Shown: positions 24,666-35,184 of the stretch, piece after piece | How positions within the stretch are numbered: the stretch's first letter is position 1 | Layout: every line of letters begins with the position of its first letter | Assembly: GCA_963807635.1 (NCBI GenBank) | Contig: CAWEDJ010000039.1 | Span: 22,767-86,766, forward strand | Reading direction: 5' to 3' | DNA length: 64,000 bases | Source of the DNA: an uncultured cyanobacterium | GTDB lineage: Bacteria > Cyanobacteriota > Cyanobacteriia > Cyanobacteriales > Microcystaceae | Translations under genes and position numbers: made by a program | The notes under the pieces: generated by a model | Seen by the model: only the letters and a program-made list of their open reading frames with translations | What the model was told of the DNA's origin: nothing | Databases searched by the model: none

Positions 24666-25203
24666 GATCGCCCCTTTCCCTTTCATGACAAAATGATAAC
24701 CTTCTAGATCACAATAAAAAGCGATCGCCTTTTTTCCATATCACTTTTAATGCGGTTAAAATAGGGGAAGGTATTTCTGGATTAAAATTATGACGCAAAT
24801 TACAGTTGAACTTCCTGATGAATTGGCAATACAGATTCAATCACAAATTGCTCAGGGAGAGTTCAGTAACCTGGGCGAGTATGTTGTGTATCTATTGCAA
24901 AAAGAGCAATCACAGCTTCGTTCTACTCAGTTAGAAAAAATGTTTTTAGAAGGTCTAGATAGTGGAGAATTAATTGAAATAACCGATCAATGGTGGGAAC
25001 AAAAACGCCAAGAGATTTTATCATGAATCACCGAATTTTAAGAATCCTGCGTTATTGAGACTATTTTTTCATAATTAAAGTAGTTTATCTCTTTTAGACA
25101 CAAGTAATACTATTCAATTCAATAATGAGCCTGAGCAGAAGTCCATTTTAACCTAACGAGATCGCCCCTTTCCTCTTCACTTCTTAAAAAGCGATCGCCT
25201 TTT
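24666..25203 (+). repeat. Pair of HIP1-dyad direct repeats (24666-24733 and 25160-25203) flanking a ParD-like gene
   Basis: Both contain GATCGCCCCTTTCC and TAAAAAGCGATCGCCTTTT exactly. Confidence 0.85.
24790..25026 (+). CDS. ParD-like ribbon-helix-helix antitoxin (orphan)
   Basis: ITVELPDEL, GEFSNLGEYV and LEGLDSG motifs. The overlapping ATG at 25023 opens only 11 codons. Confidence 0.75.
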   Translation: MTQITVELPDELAIQIQSQIAQGEFSNLGEYVVYLLQKEQSQLRSTQLEKMFLEGLDSGELIEITDQWWEQKRQEILS

Positions 25204-25375
25204 AACTTTACAAAAAGTTCACAGATTAAGGTGTTCAATTTTTTTAGGGATAGCGTAACACACAAAATTGTATGCTCTTGTAAATAATCAAAAGGTGCAT
25301 GGCATTTCATTAATGTCTTCTACAAGATTTGACCGACAAATAAGCGCATCTTAACAATATTGAAAATCTGATCTA

Positions 25376-26398
25376 TCATTCTTGTTCAGAAGATGTGAAA
25401 AATTGAGACTCAGCAAGGGTATTTTCCTCATACCAATTATTCCATTTTTGTTCTTCTTTTTTGTATAAATCAGAATTAATAATTCGAGGACGTATCAACT
25501 GTATTTTATTATTGATTTCGTTTGAAAAAACAAACCGATGAGCATTTTCGACAATAAATCTTTGGAAATAAATGGCTGTATCTATCGAAATAATAGTCCC
25601 ACGTAATGGAGGTCTATAACCAATCTGAGTGTACATTAAATGTTGAGGACTAAGAGGGATAAAAATTTCGGTTCCCTTACTTCCCCATCCTCCATTAAAA
25701 TCATATTCACATTTTTGATTTTTTCCATAGTAATTAAGACGAGTGACTGGATTGTCACTAGTTAAAAAACTGAAGTTTTTAGGACTTTTAAGAATTGTCC
25801 ATTTTTGTTGATGAAGAGCTGATTTAGTATACGTAAGTAGACGCTGAATCGCAAATAGCCAAGCACTTCTTCCGATCAGAGCTTCATAGTGAACTAAAAC
25901 ATTATCATCCTGATTTTCAGTTTTATTTATGCGAATAGGGATTAATTCTTGATATTTTAAACTTTTATCAGATTCTTTAATTAAGTTTTTTTGAATATCG
26001 TTAGACATTTTTTTTATATTATCAAATGAATCATCTAGAGTTTTCATTAGATCAATACATCTCACTGGTGTTCGGACATCCTGAGCAGCTACAAAATCAA
26101 TTAACTCTATCCAATCAAGCTCAGAAAGATGTTGATCATTAACAGCCTTCGATATTGCTTTCTCTGCTGGAGCTTCAAACTCTGATGCGAACCATTTTTC
26201 AATTTCATCTGACTCTATAGAGTTGATATTTTTAGTATAAAAATTATGATAAATTGGAATTTTTGATATTGCTATTTGTTGCCAAATGGGAACTTTTTTG
26301 TGTGAAACAAGTATCCTATATGTCCATATTTTTTTATGTTGATTACTCCATTTTTTTTAGTACATTTTTGGGACGTAATGATTTTTTCTTTGAAGCAT
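25376..26398 (-). pseudogene. DUF4238 domain protein with premature in-frame TAA at codon 14
   Basis: MLQRKNHYVPKMY*KKW continues in frame into the 229-aa ORF with FLTSDNPV and FIPLSP. Confidence 0.8.
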
Positions 26399-26832
26399 AA
26401 TAACTTTCCAAAATTGTCGATTATAAAGTCTATGCGTCTATTCTAACAAATACTCATAATTAATATAACCAGAAGCAATATTAGCATTTGTAAAAATAAT
26501 AAATACAAGTGAGTAGGATAAAAGCGTGATTTTTTTTCATATTCATATTTCAAAAACTAAACAATCATAAACTAATATTTCCAATACTCTTAACAGAGGA
26601 TGCAATGAATATCAAGAAGAAATTACCTCAACTGATATTAAAAGTATATCCTCATCAAGGCTGATCGCCGATTCTTCTTACTTACCAAAACCTTATTCAT
26701 AGAAATTTTGCCTCTTTTAAAACCTGATCTTTAATAAAACGACTTAACCCCTTCTCTGTAACAATATCAACTTTACAACCTAAAAAATCCTGTAAATCCA
26801 TCAGCAATCCACCAGGAAACTAAGGAGAAATT

Positions 26833-28316
26833 CCACCTGTAAATAATTAGTTGATGATTAACAAGATTGAGCAGGAAACCAAAGAGAAGTCCAGCAATGA
26901 TTAAGTTCAGCTACCTTGAGAAAGCTTAAAGCCTTGCTACCATTCATGCTCCAACTTACACCCTTTTTTTTCTGACGATGACCAACGACCAAATCTACGC
27001 CTTTTTCAATGCGACCACTACCAATACTTTTACCGACTTTTCGCCGACCTTCGTAGTTGATGATTTCTGAGTGATGTTTCTCCAAATAACCAATAAGTTC
27101 CAACAAGACCTTGTTATTGCGAGCAACAACCTGATGTTTTAAGTAGTTGAGGGCAATATCAGTCTGACCATGCCATAATTGTGAGAGTAAAAACTTGACA
27201 TGATTGGATTTTTCTTCTTTGTTGAAAGCAATCATAGACATCAGATTTCGCACTTTTTTGCATAGGTGATACCAGTCTAAAATCACAACAGGTAAAACAC
27301 CAAAGATAGCCAAGAGGCGATGGCGAATGACTTTTGCCCCATCGGTGATAGCAACAATATTCAACGGTTTTGATTCCTTTTGATAGAGGTCGAGAATTCT
27401 CGCTCTAACGACTGTCGCAAGACTTATCGGTTCTTCTACCTCAGTATCAAAAGGAGAAACGAGATATTCAAATCCCCCTTTGGGTGTTTGCAACATTACT
27501 ACATCGGTAATGACGGCGGGAGTCTTATTCTTGGTGGTATCTGGACTTGGAGTATGGGCAGTAGATTCATTACGCGAATTACGCTCAGGCTTTTGTCCTT
27601 TGACTTGAATACCATCGTCAAATAGGAGAATTTCTGACTCCTCTACGTTATAAATCTCTACGCTTTTCTTTATCTGAATCTGCTCAGATGTGGTCGATTC
27701 TAATGATTCTTGTACAGTTTGTCGGATTTGCTGGCTATAGGTTTCGGCTTTCCCTTTCACTATTCCCCAAATGGTCTGGTCACTCAATAAGTTTTCTCCT
27801 GTTACTCGCTCCACTAATCCAGCCAAATTCTCATAACTGAGCCGATTGGCGTAATAACCGCATAATTCCTCTAATCTCTGACTCACAAATCTTTCCTGCA
27901 ATTGCTCCGATAACTGAAAATAGTTAACTTCTTTTTTATTCGTTTGATACTTTTGTAAGTAAAACTCAAACTGACCGTGTAATGTTTTTATACAGATTTT
28001 TCTCGTACCATTACACCACAAGTTTAGTTTTTTTTACTTTTTCCGTGAACTCGTTTTGTGCCTGCGCCAGTAAGGCTGCCTCTATTTCAGGCAATACTTT
28101 CTGTTTCATCTGTTCTACACCTCCTTCTATGTCATGTAAGCTTTGGGTTCCTATTTCCATTGCAAATGGGCTGTTTTGGCTGAGAATATTTCCCATTTCG
28201 TTACGAATCACGAATTCTACCGTCACTTTCATCCTTTTTACTCCTTTTTTTAAGACAATCTGTTTTTTTGCTTTCTCTTCATTTTACCTAATCATCAACT
28301 AATTATTTACAGGTAG
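26833..28316 (-). mobile_element. ISKra4/ISLre2-like insertion sequence
   Basis: 28-bp IRs C(C/T)ACCTGTAAATAATTAGTTGATGATTA and an 8-bp target duplication GAGAAATT (26825-26832, 28317-28324). Confidence 0.9.
26858..28232 (-). CDS. Transposase in two overlapping ORFs (73 aa + 387 aa) meeting near an A8 run
   Basis: DDGI, ITDGA, LDWYHL and IGSGRIEKG motifs. Confidence 0.85.
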
Positions 28317-28482
28317 GAGAAATTTGTTTTAGATCATAATCAATTAAAAAATCAACATCACTAGCTTCAGTTTCTTCTCCCCTCGCTACCGAGCCAAAAA
28401 CTCTTACATTAAAAGCTCCATGCTTGGCCGCGATCGCCAGAATATCCTGACGTTTTTCCTGTAGTAATTGACTCAGTTTCAT

Positions 28483-28692
28483 TTAAGCAACCTCCACATA
28501 TTCACAAAGAGAAACCGACTCAGGAATAGTCATCCCCTCTTCTTGCAATCCTTCTAAGTGAAATAGGATCGCTTCGGAAATTAACTCTTTTATCTCCTCC
28601 AACGATTCGCCAACCGCAACACATCCTGGCAAATCAGGAACATAAGCCCCATAGCTGGTTTCACCTTTTTCAATCACGATCGCATAACGCAT
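28483..28692 (-). CDS. hicB: HicB-family antitoxin
   Basis: YGAYVPDLPGCVAVGES motif. Confidence 0.9.
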   Translation of the reverse strand: MRYAIVIEKGETSYGAYVPDLPGCVAVGESLEEIKELISEAILFHLEGLQEEGMTIPESVSLCEYVEVA

Positions 28693-28694
28693 AA

Positions 28695-28898
28695 TTAAAT
28701 TTCTCCTTGAATTTGAACTTGTTGCCAGATTCTTTTTAGTGTACCGATAGGAATATCAACACTTAATTTGCCTGATACTATCACCGTCCCTGATTTTAAA
28801 GAATGTTTATATTGACGATGACTGCCTCGCGTTCGAGCTAAGTACCAACCATCAGCTTCCAAAGTTTTGATAACCTCTTTTACTTTCGTTTTATTCAA
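28695..28898 (-). CDS. hicA: HicA-family toxin
   Basis: DGWYLARTRGSHRQYKH and DIPIGTL motifs. Confidence 0.9.
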   Translation of the reverse strand: MNKTKVKEVIKTLEADGWYLARTRGSHRQYKHSLKSGTVIVSGKLSVDIPIGTLKRIWQQVQIQGEI

Positions 28899-28960
28899 TA
28901 ATCCAGTTAATTAGTCAAGTTATCATGCAAATTTGAATATCGTCAATACCGAAGATTAAG

Positions 28961-29016
28961 TTAAGAAGAAATAACCTCCACTTCCGCTAAAGGCACATCC
29001 TCCTTAACAGCGATCG
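28961..29016 (-). repeat. Displaced, diverged copy of the 3' end of the first clpB
   Basis: 48/56 ungapped identity to 29745-29800. Encodes IAVKEDVPLAEVEVISS*. Confidence 0.9.
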
Positions 29017-29049
29017 TCTCTCAATTTTAAAAGCGATCACTGAAAAATA

Positions 29050-29379
29050 TCAAGCAATAATTAATATTGAATCAGAATTATTAGAAAAATCCTCAATTCG
29101 TTCTTTATATTTTGTGATTAATCGCAAGAGAATATCACGATTACAATTCCCAATCCGAAGCCAGATTAATTTGGGTGGATGACCGTAAAGTAATGCCCGT
29201 TGATAAAAATCTGAATCTTTAGAAATCACAGTGAAATTATTATTTTTAGCATATTCCCAAATCCTTTCATTAGCAAATCCTTTCATCCCAATATCCCTGA
29301 CGTGAAGACTATTAGGAAATTCATTGATCAGTAAACGCGGCAATTTGGGGGATAAATTTTCATCAAACAGTAATTTCAT
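29050..29379 (-). CDS. DUF5615 PIN-like toxin
   Basis: MKLLFDENLS, ISKDSDF and PPKLIWLRIGN motifs. Confidence 0.88.
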   Translation of the reverse strand: MKLLFDENLSPKLPRLLINEFPNSLHVRDIGMKGFANERIWEYAKNNNFTVISKDSDFYQRALLYGHPPKLIWLRIGNCNRDILLRLITKYKERIEDFSNNSDSILIIA

Positions 29380-29599
29380 CGGGAATAATCATTAAATGGC
29401 GATCGCGGTCAGCAGCAAAAGCGAAACAGGCTTGTATATCTTCTAAAGTTAGATCGGGAAAATCGTCTAAAACGTCCTCAATGGTCATCCCTCCCCCCAA
29501 ATAATCTAAAACATCATTAACGGTAATCCGAGTATTAACAATACAGGGCTTTCCACTACAAATGGAAGGATTAATTGTAATTCGTTGACGATAATTCAT
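29363..29599 (-). CDS. DUF433 antitoxin
   Basis: ICSGKPCIVNTRITV...FPDLTLEDIQAC. Confidence 0.9.
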   Translation of the reverse strand: MNYRQRITINPSICSGKPCIVNTRITVNDVLDYLGGGMTIEDVLDDFPDLTLEDIQACFAFAADRDRHLMIIPDEITV

Positions 29600-29744
29600 C
29601 GTTTTTTCCTCAAGAAATTAACATAGGAAATTAATTTTTGATCGCCCCTCAATTTAAAAAGCGATCACGTTTTTTTCTGCTTACCAAAAACTTATTTATA
29701 GGGATTTCGCCTCTTTTTAATTGTGAGTTACCAATTTTGAGCTA

Positions 29745-32435
29745 TCAAGAAGATAAAACTTCCACTTCCACTAAAGGCACATCATCCTCAACCGCGATCG
29801 CGTCTTCTTGAACTTCCTCCTGCTTACCAAAAACCAAATGATTATCAACACAATCAATTAGAATTCTGTCCCCTGCCATAAACGCATTTTCCAGGATCTT
29901 CGTGGCAATAGGATTTTCTAACTCCCGTTGAATCGCCCGCTTTAACGGTCTGGCTCCATAGACAGGATCGTAACCCGCACTGACAATATGATCCAATGCT
30001 GATGCGGATAAAGATAAGGTGATCTTCTGCTCATCTAGAAGCTGTTCAATGCGTTTAATTTGTAAGACCACAATCCGACATAATTCATCCCGTTTTAAAG
30101 TATGGAAAATAATCAGATCATCAATACGATTTAGAAATTCAGGACGGAAATGTTTGCGGAGAGATTGCATCACTTGTTTCTGCATTTGATCATAATCCGA
30201 ATCATCCCCTGCCATCCCTAAAATATGGTCACTGCCAATATTACTGGTCATCACAATAATCGTATTGCGAAAATCCACCACTCGACCTTGGGAATCCGTA
30301 ATTCTGCCATCATCTAATACTTGCAAGAGAATATTAAACACATCTAAATGGGCTTTTTCCACCTCATCCAATAGCACCACCGAATAGGGACGACGACGCA
30401 CGGCTTCCGATAATTGCCCCCCTTCTTCATAGCCCACATAACCTGGAGGCGCACCAATCAGACGGGAAACCGCGTGTTTTTCCATATATTCGGACATATC
30501 AATCCGCACCATCGCCTCTTCACTGTCAAAGAGAAAAGATGCTAATGCTCTCGCTAATTCCGTTTTGCCTACGCCCGTTGGCCCCATGAACAGAAAAGAA
30601 CCAATGGGACGATTGGGATCTTTCATGCCTGCTCTGGCGCGACGAATGGCGGCGGAAACGGCGATTACGGCTTCCTGTTGACCGATAACCCTTTGATGTA
30701 AATGACCTTCGAGTTGCAGAAGTTTTTGTCGTTCGGAGGCTAGGAGGCGATTAAGGGGAATACCTGTCCAACCTGCCACAATTTCCGCAATATCGGATTC
30801 AGTGACTTGTTCGCGTAAAAGGGTTTTTCCTTCTGCTTGAATTTCTAATAGCTTGGTTTCCTTTTCTTCAATCGCCGTTTGCAGGACTTCGAGCTTACCG
30901 TATTTCAGTTGAGCCGCTTTATTGAGATCATAATCCCGCTCTGCTTTTTCCACTTGACGACGAATTTGTTCTTCTTCTTCTTTGAGAGTATTAATTTCCT
31001 CTAACATTTGTTTTTCCGAAAGCCATTGTCCCGAAAGTTCTTGTTGCTTGGTTTCTAATTCTTCAATTTCTGATTGAATTTTTTCGAGACGTTCCTTAGA
31101 CGATTTATCCGTTCCTAAGCCTGAGCGTTTTTCTTCTCCTTCTAGGGATAATTTCTCCATTTGCAGTTGCATTAGTCGCCGATCAATATCTTCTAATTCA
31201 ACGGGCTTGGAGGTAATTTCCATTTTTAAACGGGCCGCCGCTTCATCGACTAAATCGATCGCCTTATCGGGCAAAAAGCGATCGCTGATATAACGATGGG
31301 ACAAAGTTGCCGCCGCGACTAACGCAGAATCGGTAATTTTTACGCCATGATGGACTTCGTAACGTTCCTTAAGTCCCCGTAAAATAGAGATAGCATCTTC
31401 TACACTGGGTTGTTTGACATAAACTTGCTGAAAACGACGCTCTAGGGCAGGATCTTTCTCAATATTTTTACGATATTCATCTAAAGTGGTTGCACCGATA
31501 CAACGCAATTCACCCCGTGCCAACATCGGTTTCAGCAAATTACCCGCATCCATCGAGCCTTCACGACCACCCGCCCCAACAACGGTATGGACTTCATCAA
31601 TGAATAGAATAATCTGTCCATCGGAATTCGTGACTTCCTTCATCACCGATCGCAGTCTTTCTTCAAATTCCCCCCGATATTTTGCCCCCGCAATCAAACT
31701 GCCCATATCGAGGGAAATTAACTGCCGATTTTTCAAGGATTCAGGCACATCCCCATTAATAATCCTTTGAGCCAATCCTTCCGCGATCGCCGTTTTACCG
31801 ACTCCTGGTTCCCCAATCAAGACAGGATTATTTTTAGAACGACGAGACAACACCTGGATCACCCGCCGAATCTCTTCATCTCTGCCAATCACCGGATCTA
31901 ATTTTCCCTGTCTCGCCTGTTCGGTCAGATCTCGCCCATATTTTTCCAACGCCTCATATTTTTCTTCCTGATTAGGTTCCGTGACTTTTTGACTACCCCG
32001 AATGGCTTTAATCGCCACTTCCAAATCCTGGGGATCGAGATTAAAGGTGAGCAAAAGTTTACGTCCCACCCGCTCATCTTCGGCAAATCCGACCAATATA
32101 TGTTCAACGGAAATGAATTTGTCATCCCAGCTTTCCTTAGCCGCATCCGCGCGATCGAGCATCACATCCAAACTGCGACCCAAATAGAGTTGATCAATAA
32201 AACTCTGTTTCGCCTGACGATTAGTAAATGCCTCTAGTTGTTGCTGAAAACTGGTCACATCAATGGTTGCCTTCTGGAAAATCCGCAAAGCTAACCCCTT
32301 TTCCTGTTCGAGGAGAGCCAGGACAACGTGTTCTACTTCTAGGGTTTGATTTTTGAAACGACGGGCGACTTCTTGGGATTTTACGATCGCGTCCCAGGCT
32401 TGTTCGGTAAATTTGCTTGGATCGGTGGGTTGCAT
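29745..32435 (-). CDS. clpB: ATP-dependent chaperone ClpB (896-aa paralogue)
   Basis: Two Walker A motifs ([16 protein letters not shown]), M-domain coiled coil, GARPL. Confidence 0.97.
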   Translation of the reverse strand: MQPTDPSKFTEQAWDAIVKSQEVARRFKNQTLEVEHVVLALLEQEKGLALRIFQKATIDVTSFQQQLEAFTNRQAKQSFIDQLYLGRSLDVMLDRADAAKESWDDKFISVEHILVGFAEDERVGRKLLLTFNLDPQDLEVAIKAIRGSQKVTEPNQEEKYEALEKYGRDLTEQARQGKLDPVIGRDEEIRRVIQVLSRRSKNNPVLIGEPGVGKTAIAEGLAQRIINGDVPESLKNRQLISLDMGSLIAGAKYRGEFEERLRSVMKEVTNSDGQIILFIDEVHTVVGAGGREGSMDAGNLLKPMLARGELRCIGATTLDEYRKNIEKDPALERRFQQVYVKQPSVEDAISILRGLKERYEVHHGVKITDSALVAAATLSHRYISDRFLPDKAIDLVDEAAARLKMEITSKPVELEDIDRRLMQLQMEKLSLEGEEKRSGLGTDKSSKERLEKIQSEIEELETKQQELSGQWLSEKQMLEEINTLKEEEEQIRRQVEKAERDYDLNKAAQLKYGKLEVLQTAIEEKETKLLEIQAEGKTLLREQVTESDIAEIVAGWTGIPLNRLLASERQKLLQLEGHLHQRVIGQQEAVIAVSAAIRRARAGMKDPNRPIGSFLFMGPTGVGKTELARALASFLFDSEEAMVRIDMSEYMEKHAVSRLIGAPPGYVGYEEGGQLSEAVRRRPYSVVLLDEVEKAHLDVFNILLQVLDDGRITDSQGRVVDFRNTIIVMTSNIGSDHILGMAGDDSDYDQMQKQVMQSLRKHFRPEFLNRIDDLIIFHTLKRDELCRIVVLQIKRIEQLLDEQKITLSLSASALDHIVSAGYDPVYGARPLKRAIQRELENPIATKILENAFMAGDRILIDCVDNHLVFGKQEEVQEDAIAVEDDVPLVEVEVLSS

Positions 32436-32618
32436 TGGGATTGGTCTAAGACTTAGGCGTTAGGTAATCTACTCCTAACATTGTAGAAGGGGTCGGAGTC
32501 ATTTTTCTCGGATCGGGGATTCCTTAGCCGCTATTAAAAAAAGTTTCATGGAGACTTGCTATCGTCCTTAAAAGACGCTACAATGTCCTTGTAGTTAACT
32601 AGGTTATATTCAAGGTCT

Positions 32619-33638
32619 ATGCTGAGTTATATTTTTTGGAATAATAAGGGTGGTACGGGTAAAACAAGTTTGGCATTTCAATCTATTTGTCGATATGCAT
32701 ATAAACACCCTGACAAACGAATACTTGCCATTGATGTGTGTCCTCAAGCCAATCTATCAGAACTTTTTCTAGGTGGATTGACTGGCAATGGTAGTCGAAA
32801 CTTATTGGAACGTCAGGGACATATTACTCGCTGTAGTATTGGCGGTTATTTTCAGTTACGTCTTCCGGCTCCATTTTCTGTGCCAACGTTTTCTGTACGA
32901 GATTTTTTTACAAAACCAGTCATTTACAATGCAAATATTCCAAATAATATAGATTTGTTTGCTGGTGACCCTTTACTTGAGCTACAAGCCAATGCCATTA
33001 ACACTTTGGCCAATACACAGATACCTGGTACTGATACGTGGATTGAAATTATTGATTGGATTAATGATGCACTTGATCAAGTAAGAAATGAGTATGACAC
33101 TGTTTTTATTGATGCAAATCCCAGTTTCTCTATTTACACACAGATTGCAATTTCGACAGCTGATCGTATTATACTTCCCGTAATGGCTGATGATTCTTCT
33201 CGAAGAGCTATTCAAAACGCGTTTTCATTAATATACGGGTTGAAGTTACCCTCAGACATATATTCAAAATATGCGTTTGCAACTAAGTTAAAGTCTGCTA
33301 ATCGCTCACTTCCTCAAGCTCATATTGTTGTCAAAAATCGTATTACTCAATATATGGGCCCTGCCTCTGCGTACTCTGCCGTTTTACGTTCGATAGAACA
33401 AGACGTATCAGATTTAATTCATTCAAATCCAACTATCTTTACCTTTAGTCAGATTAACAAAGGAGTCGTAGAAGTCCGAGATTTTCAAACTACTGGTGTT
33501 GTCGCATTTGCCAGAGGATGTCCTTTCTATAATCAGGTTAGTGGCAAATTAGATATTGGTGGTCATCGGGTTCAAGTTAAAGAAGAGTACCGAATAAATT
33601 GTATTAAATCTGTTGATAATCTCGTTGATAAACTATAA
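32619..33638 (+). CDS. Orphan ParA/Soj-like ATPase
   Basis: NNKGGTGKT deviant Walker A, IDVCPQAN and FIDANP motifs. Confidence 0.85.
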   Translation: MLSYIFWNNKGGTGKTSLAFQSICRYAYKHPDKRILAIDVCPQANLSELFLGGLTGNGSRNLLERQGHITRCSIGGYFQLRLPAPFSVPTFSVRDFFTKPVIYNANIPNNIDLFAGDPLLELQANAINTLANTQIPGTDTWIEIIDWINDALDQVRNEYDTVFIDANPSFSIYTQIAISTADRIILPVMADDSSRRAIQNAFSLIYGLKLPSDIYSKYAFATKLKSANRSLPQAHIVVKNRITQYMGPASAYSAVLRSIEQDVSDLIHSNPTIFTFSQINKGVVEVRDFQTTGVVAFARGCPFYNQVSGKLDIGGHRVQVKEEYRINCIKSVDNLVDKL

Positions 33639-33838
33639 ATTTTATAGCTGATTAGATCGCCTACTTTTAGGTCTGCTCACTTTCGGGTGCGTTAAGCATA
33701 ATCACTTTGGAATAGGTGATCGCGTTGCAAGAGTTGATCTTTTGACGAGCGCGATCGCCTTTATATTGGGATAAAGTGCGATCACTTTCAGTCATCATGT
33801 AAAATAATTACATAACAATCATCTATAAAAAATAAACC

Positions 33839-34060
33839 ATGATTCAATCTGTTGAAGCAATTATTGATCCAGAAGGAAACGTACATTTGCTCGAATCGGT
33901 TAAACTTTCCACATCGAAAAAGGCGATCGTCACCATTCTTGAAGACAATCCGATAATTTCTATCTCCGAAACAGCCCTATTAAGTGAAGCAAGTTTGGCA
34001 GAAGATTGGTTAAGACCTGAAGAGGATGAGGCATGGTCGCACCTACAACTAGCTCAATAA
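33839..34060 (+). CDS. Putative antitoxin of MazF-like toxin
   Basis: SETALLSEASLAEDWLRPEEDEAW, overlaps the toxin gene. Confidence 0.75.
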   Translation: MIQSVEAIIDPEGNVHLLESVKLSTSKKAIVTILEDNPIISISETALLSEASLAEDWLRPEEDEAWSHLQLAQ

Positions 34061-34371
34061 TTTTAATACCCTTTCCTTTTTCTGACCTCTCACAATCTAA
34101 ACTCCGTCCCGCCGTTGTGTTAGCTAATGCAGGAAAAGAAGACTGGATACTCTGTCAAATAACTAGCAAATCCTATGCCGATTTACAATCTATTAAACTA
34201 ACCGATGATGATTTTGCTAATGGTTCTTTAAAATTAGTTAGCTATGCTCGTCCAGGTAAATTATTTACAGCAAACAGTAGCCTAATCGTATCTAAAGTTG
34301 GTGAATTGAAACAAGAAAAATTGCTGGAAATTATTAACACAGTGGTGAGCTTATTGAGAAGATGCTTATAA
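34033..34371 (+). CDS. PemK/MazF-family toxin
   Basis: PFPFSDLSQSKLRPAVVL and LCQITS motifs. Confidence 0.88.
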   Translation: MVAPTTSSIILIPFPFSDLSQSKLRPAVVLANAGKEDWILCQITSKSYADLQSIKLTDDDFANGSLKLVSYARPGKLFTANSSLIVSKVGELKQEKLLEIINTVVSLLRRCL

Positions 34372-34450
34372 AAAAACTCTTATCTCTAAGGCGATCGCGT
34401 TTTAGTCTTATTGTAAAATAGCAATATTAAAAGTATTTTGTAAATCCATC

Positions 34451-34669
34451 ATGACAGAACTAATAGAACAAGCAATTTCAAAGCTCAAAACCCTGCCATC
34501 CGACCAACAAGAAGCGATCGCGTCCATCATTCTAGAAGAAATTGAAGAGGAAAAACGATGGGATCAATCCTTTGCTCGTTCACCTGATTTATTAGCCAAA
34601 CTTGCCGCAGAAGCCATGACTGAATACCGAGAAGGCAAAACTCAAGAACTCGATCCAGAAACCTTGTGA
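34451..34669 (+). CDS. Putative antitoxin
   Basis: 72-aa acidic ORF overlapping the downstream toxin (GTGA). Confidence 0.75.
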   Translation: MTELIEQAISKLKTLPSDQQEAIASIILEEIEEEKRWDQSFARSPDLLAKLAAEAMTEYREGKTQELDPETL

Positions 34670-34935
34670 AATCCCAAACAACTATTCAGTTTCGTAAACA
34701 ATTTGCCGCTCTTCCTAAACAAACTCAAGAGCAAACCCGCAAAGCATATCGGCAATTTAAAAATGCTCCCAATCATCCTAGTTTACGATTTAAAAAAGTC
34801 CATCCTCAATTACCTATTTATTCCGCTCGAATTAACAAAGATTATCGAGTGGTTGGTCAATTAGAGAAAAATACTGTAATCTGGTTTTGGATTGGCTCCC
34901 ATGCTGAATATGATTTACTCTTGAATCAGTTTTAA
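34666..34935 (+). CDS. RelE/ParE-superfamily toxin
   Basis: HPSLRFKKV, YSARINKDYR and WFWIGSHAEYD motifs. Confidence 0.85.
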   Translation: MKSQTTIQFRKQFAALPKQTQEQTRKAYRQFKNAPNHPSLRFKKVHPQLPIYSARINKDYRVVGQLEKNTVIWFWIGSHAEYDLLLNQF

Positions 34936-35184
34936 GGCGATCGCGTTTGTATTGCGTTAAAGTGCGATCGCCGATTTTATGAATCCAATTCACGACCCAT
35001 CACAATGGCTTTAGATTGGAAGACTGGGAGTGAAAATGATAGGGGAGAAGTATAGAAGCGATCGCAATTTTTTCAATTCTTGGACAGATTTATTAAGAAT
35101 CCCAGACGAAAAGTCAGTGAAATCCCCAAAAGCAAGTTACCCTATAGGGGAAATAATCTTGCCAACTAGCCAAATTAGGAATTT

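Larger units (their letters stand above)
26697..28482 (-). pseudogene. Minimal nucleotidyltransferase (MNT antitoxin type) split by an IS and carrying a TAG stop
   Basis: MKLSQLLQEKRQDILAIAAKHGAFNVRVFGSVARGEETEASDVDFL...[IS]...[22 protein letters not shown]. Confidence 0.85.
29012..29668 (+). repeat. Pair of 29-bp HIP1-dyad direct repeats (29012-29040, 29640-29668) flanking DUF5615/DUF433
   Basis: 26/29 identical: GATCGYCYCTCAATTTWAAAAGCGATCAC. Confidence 0.85.
33751..34971 (+). repeat. HIP1-dyad direct repeats (33751-33785, 34937-34971) with nested 16-bp repeats (34387-34402, 34933-34948)
   Basis: Outer pair 30/35 identical. Inner pair TAAGGCGATCGCGTTT is exact. Confidence 0.85.

Noticed and set aside
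24666..34971. CRISPR array or classical integron suggested by the spaced repeats
   Set aside because: Spacing is gene-sized and irregular, and there are no cas or intI genes and no RYYYAAC/GTTRRRY attC boxes evident.
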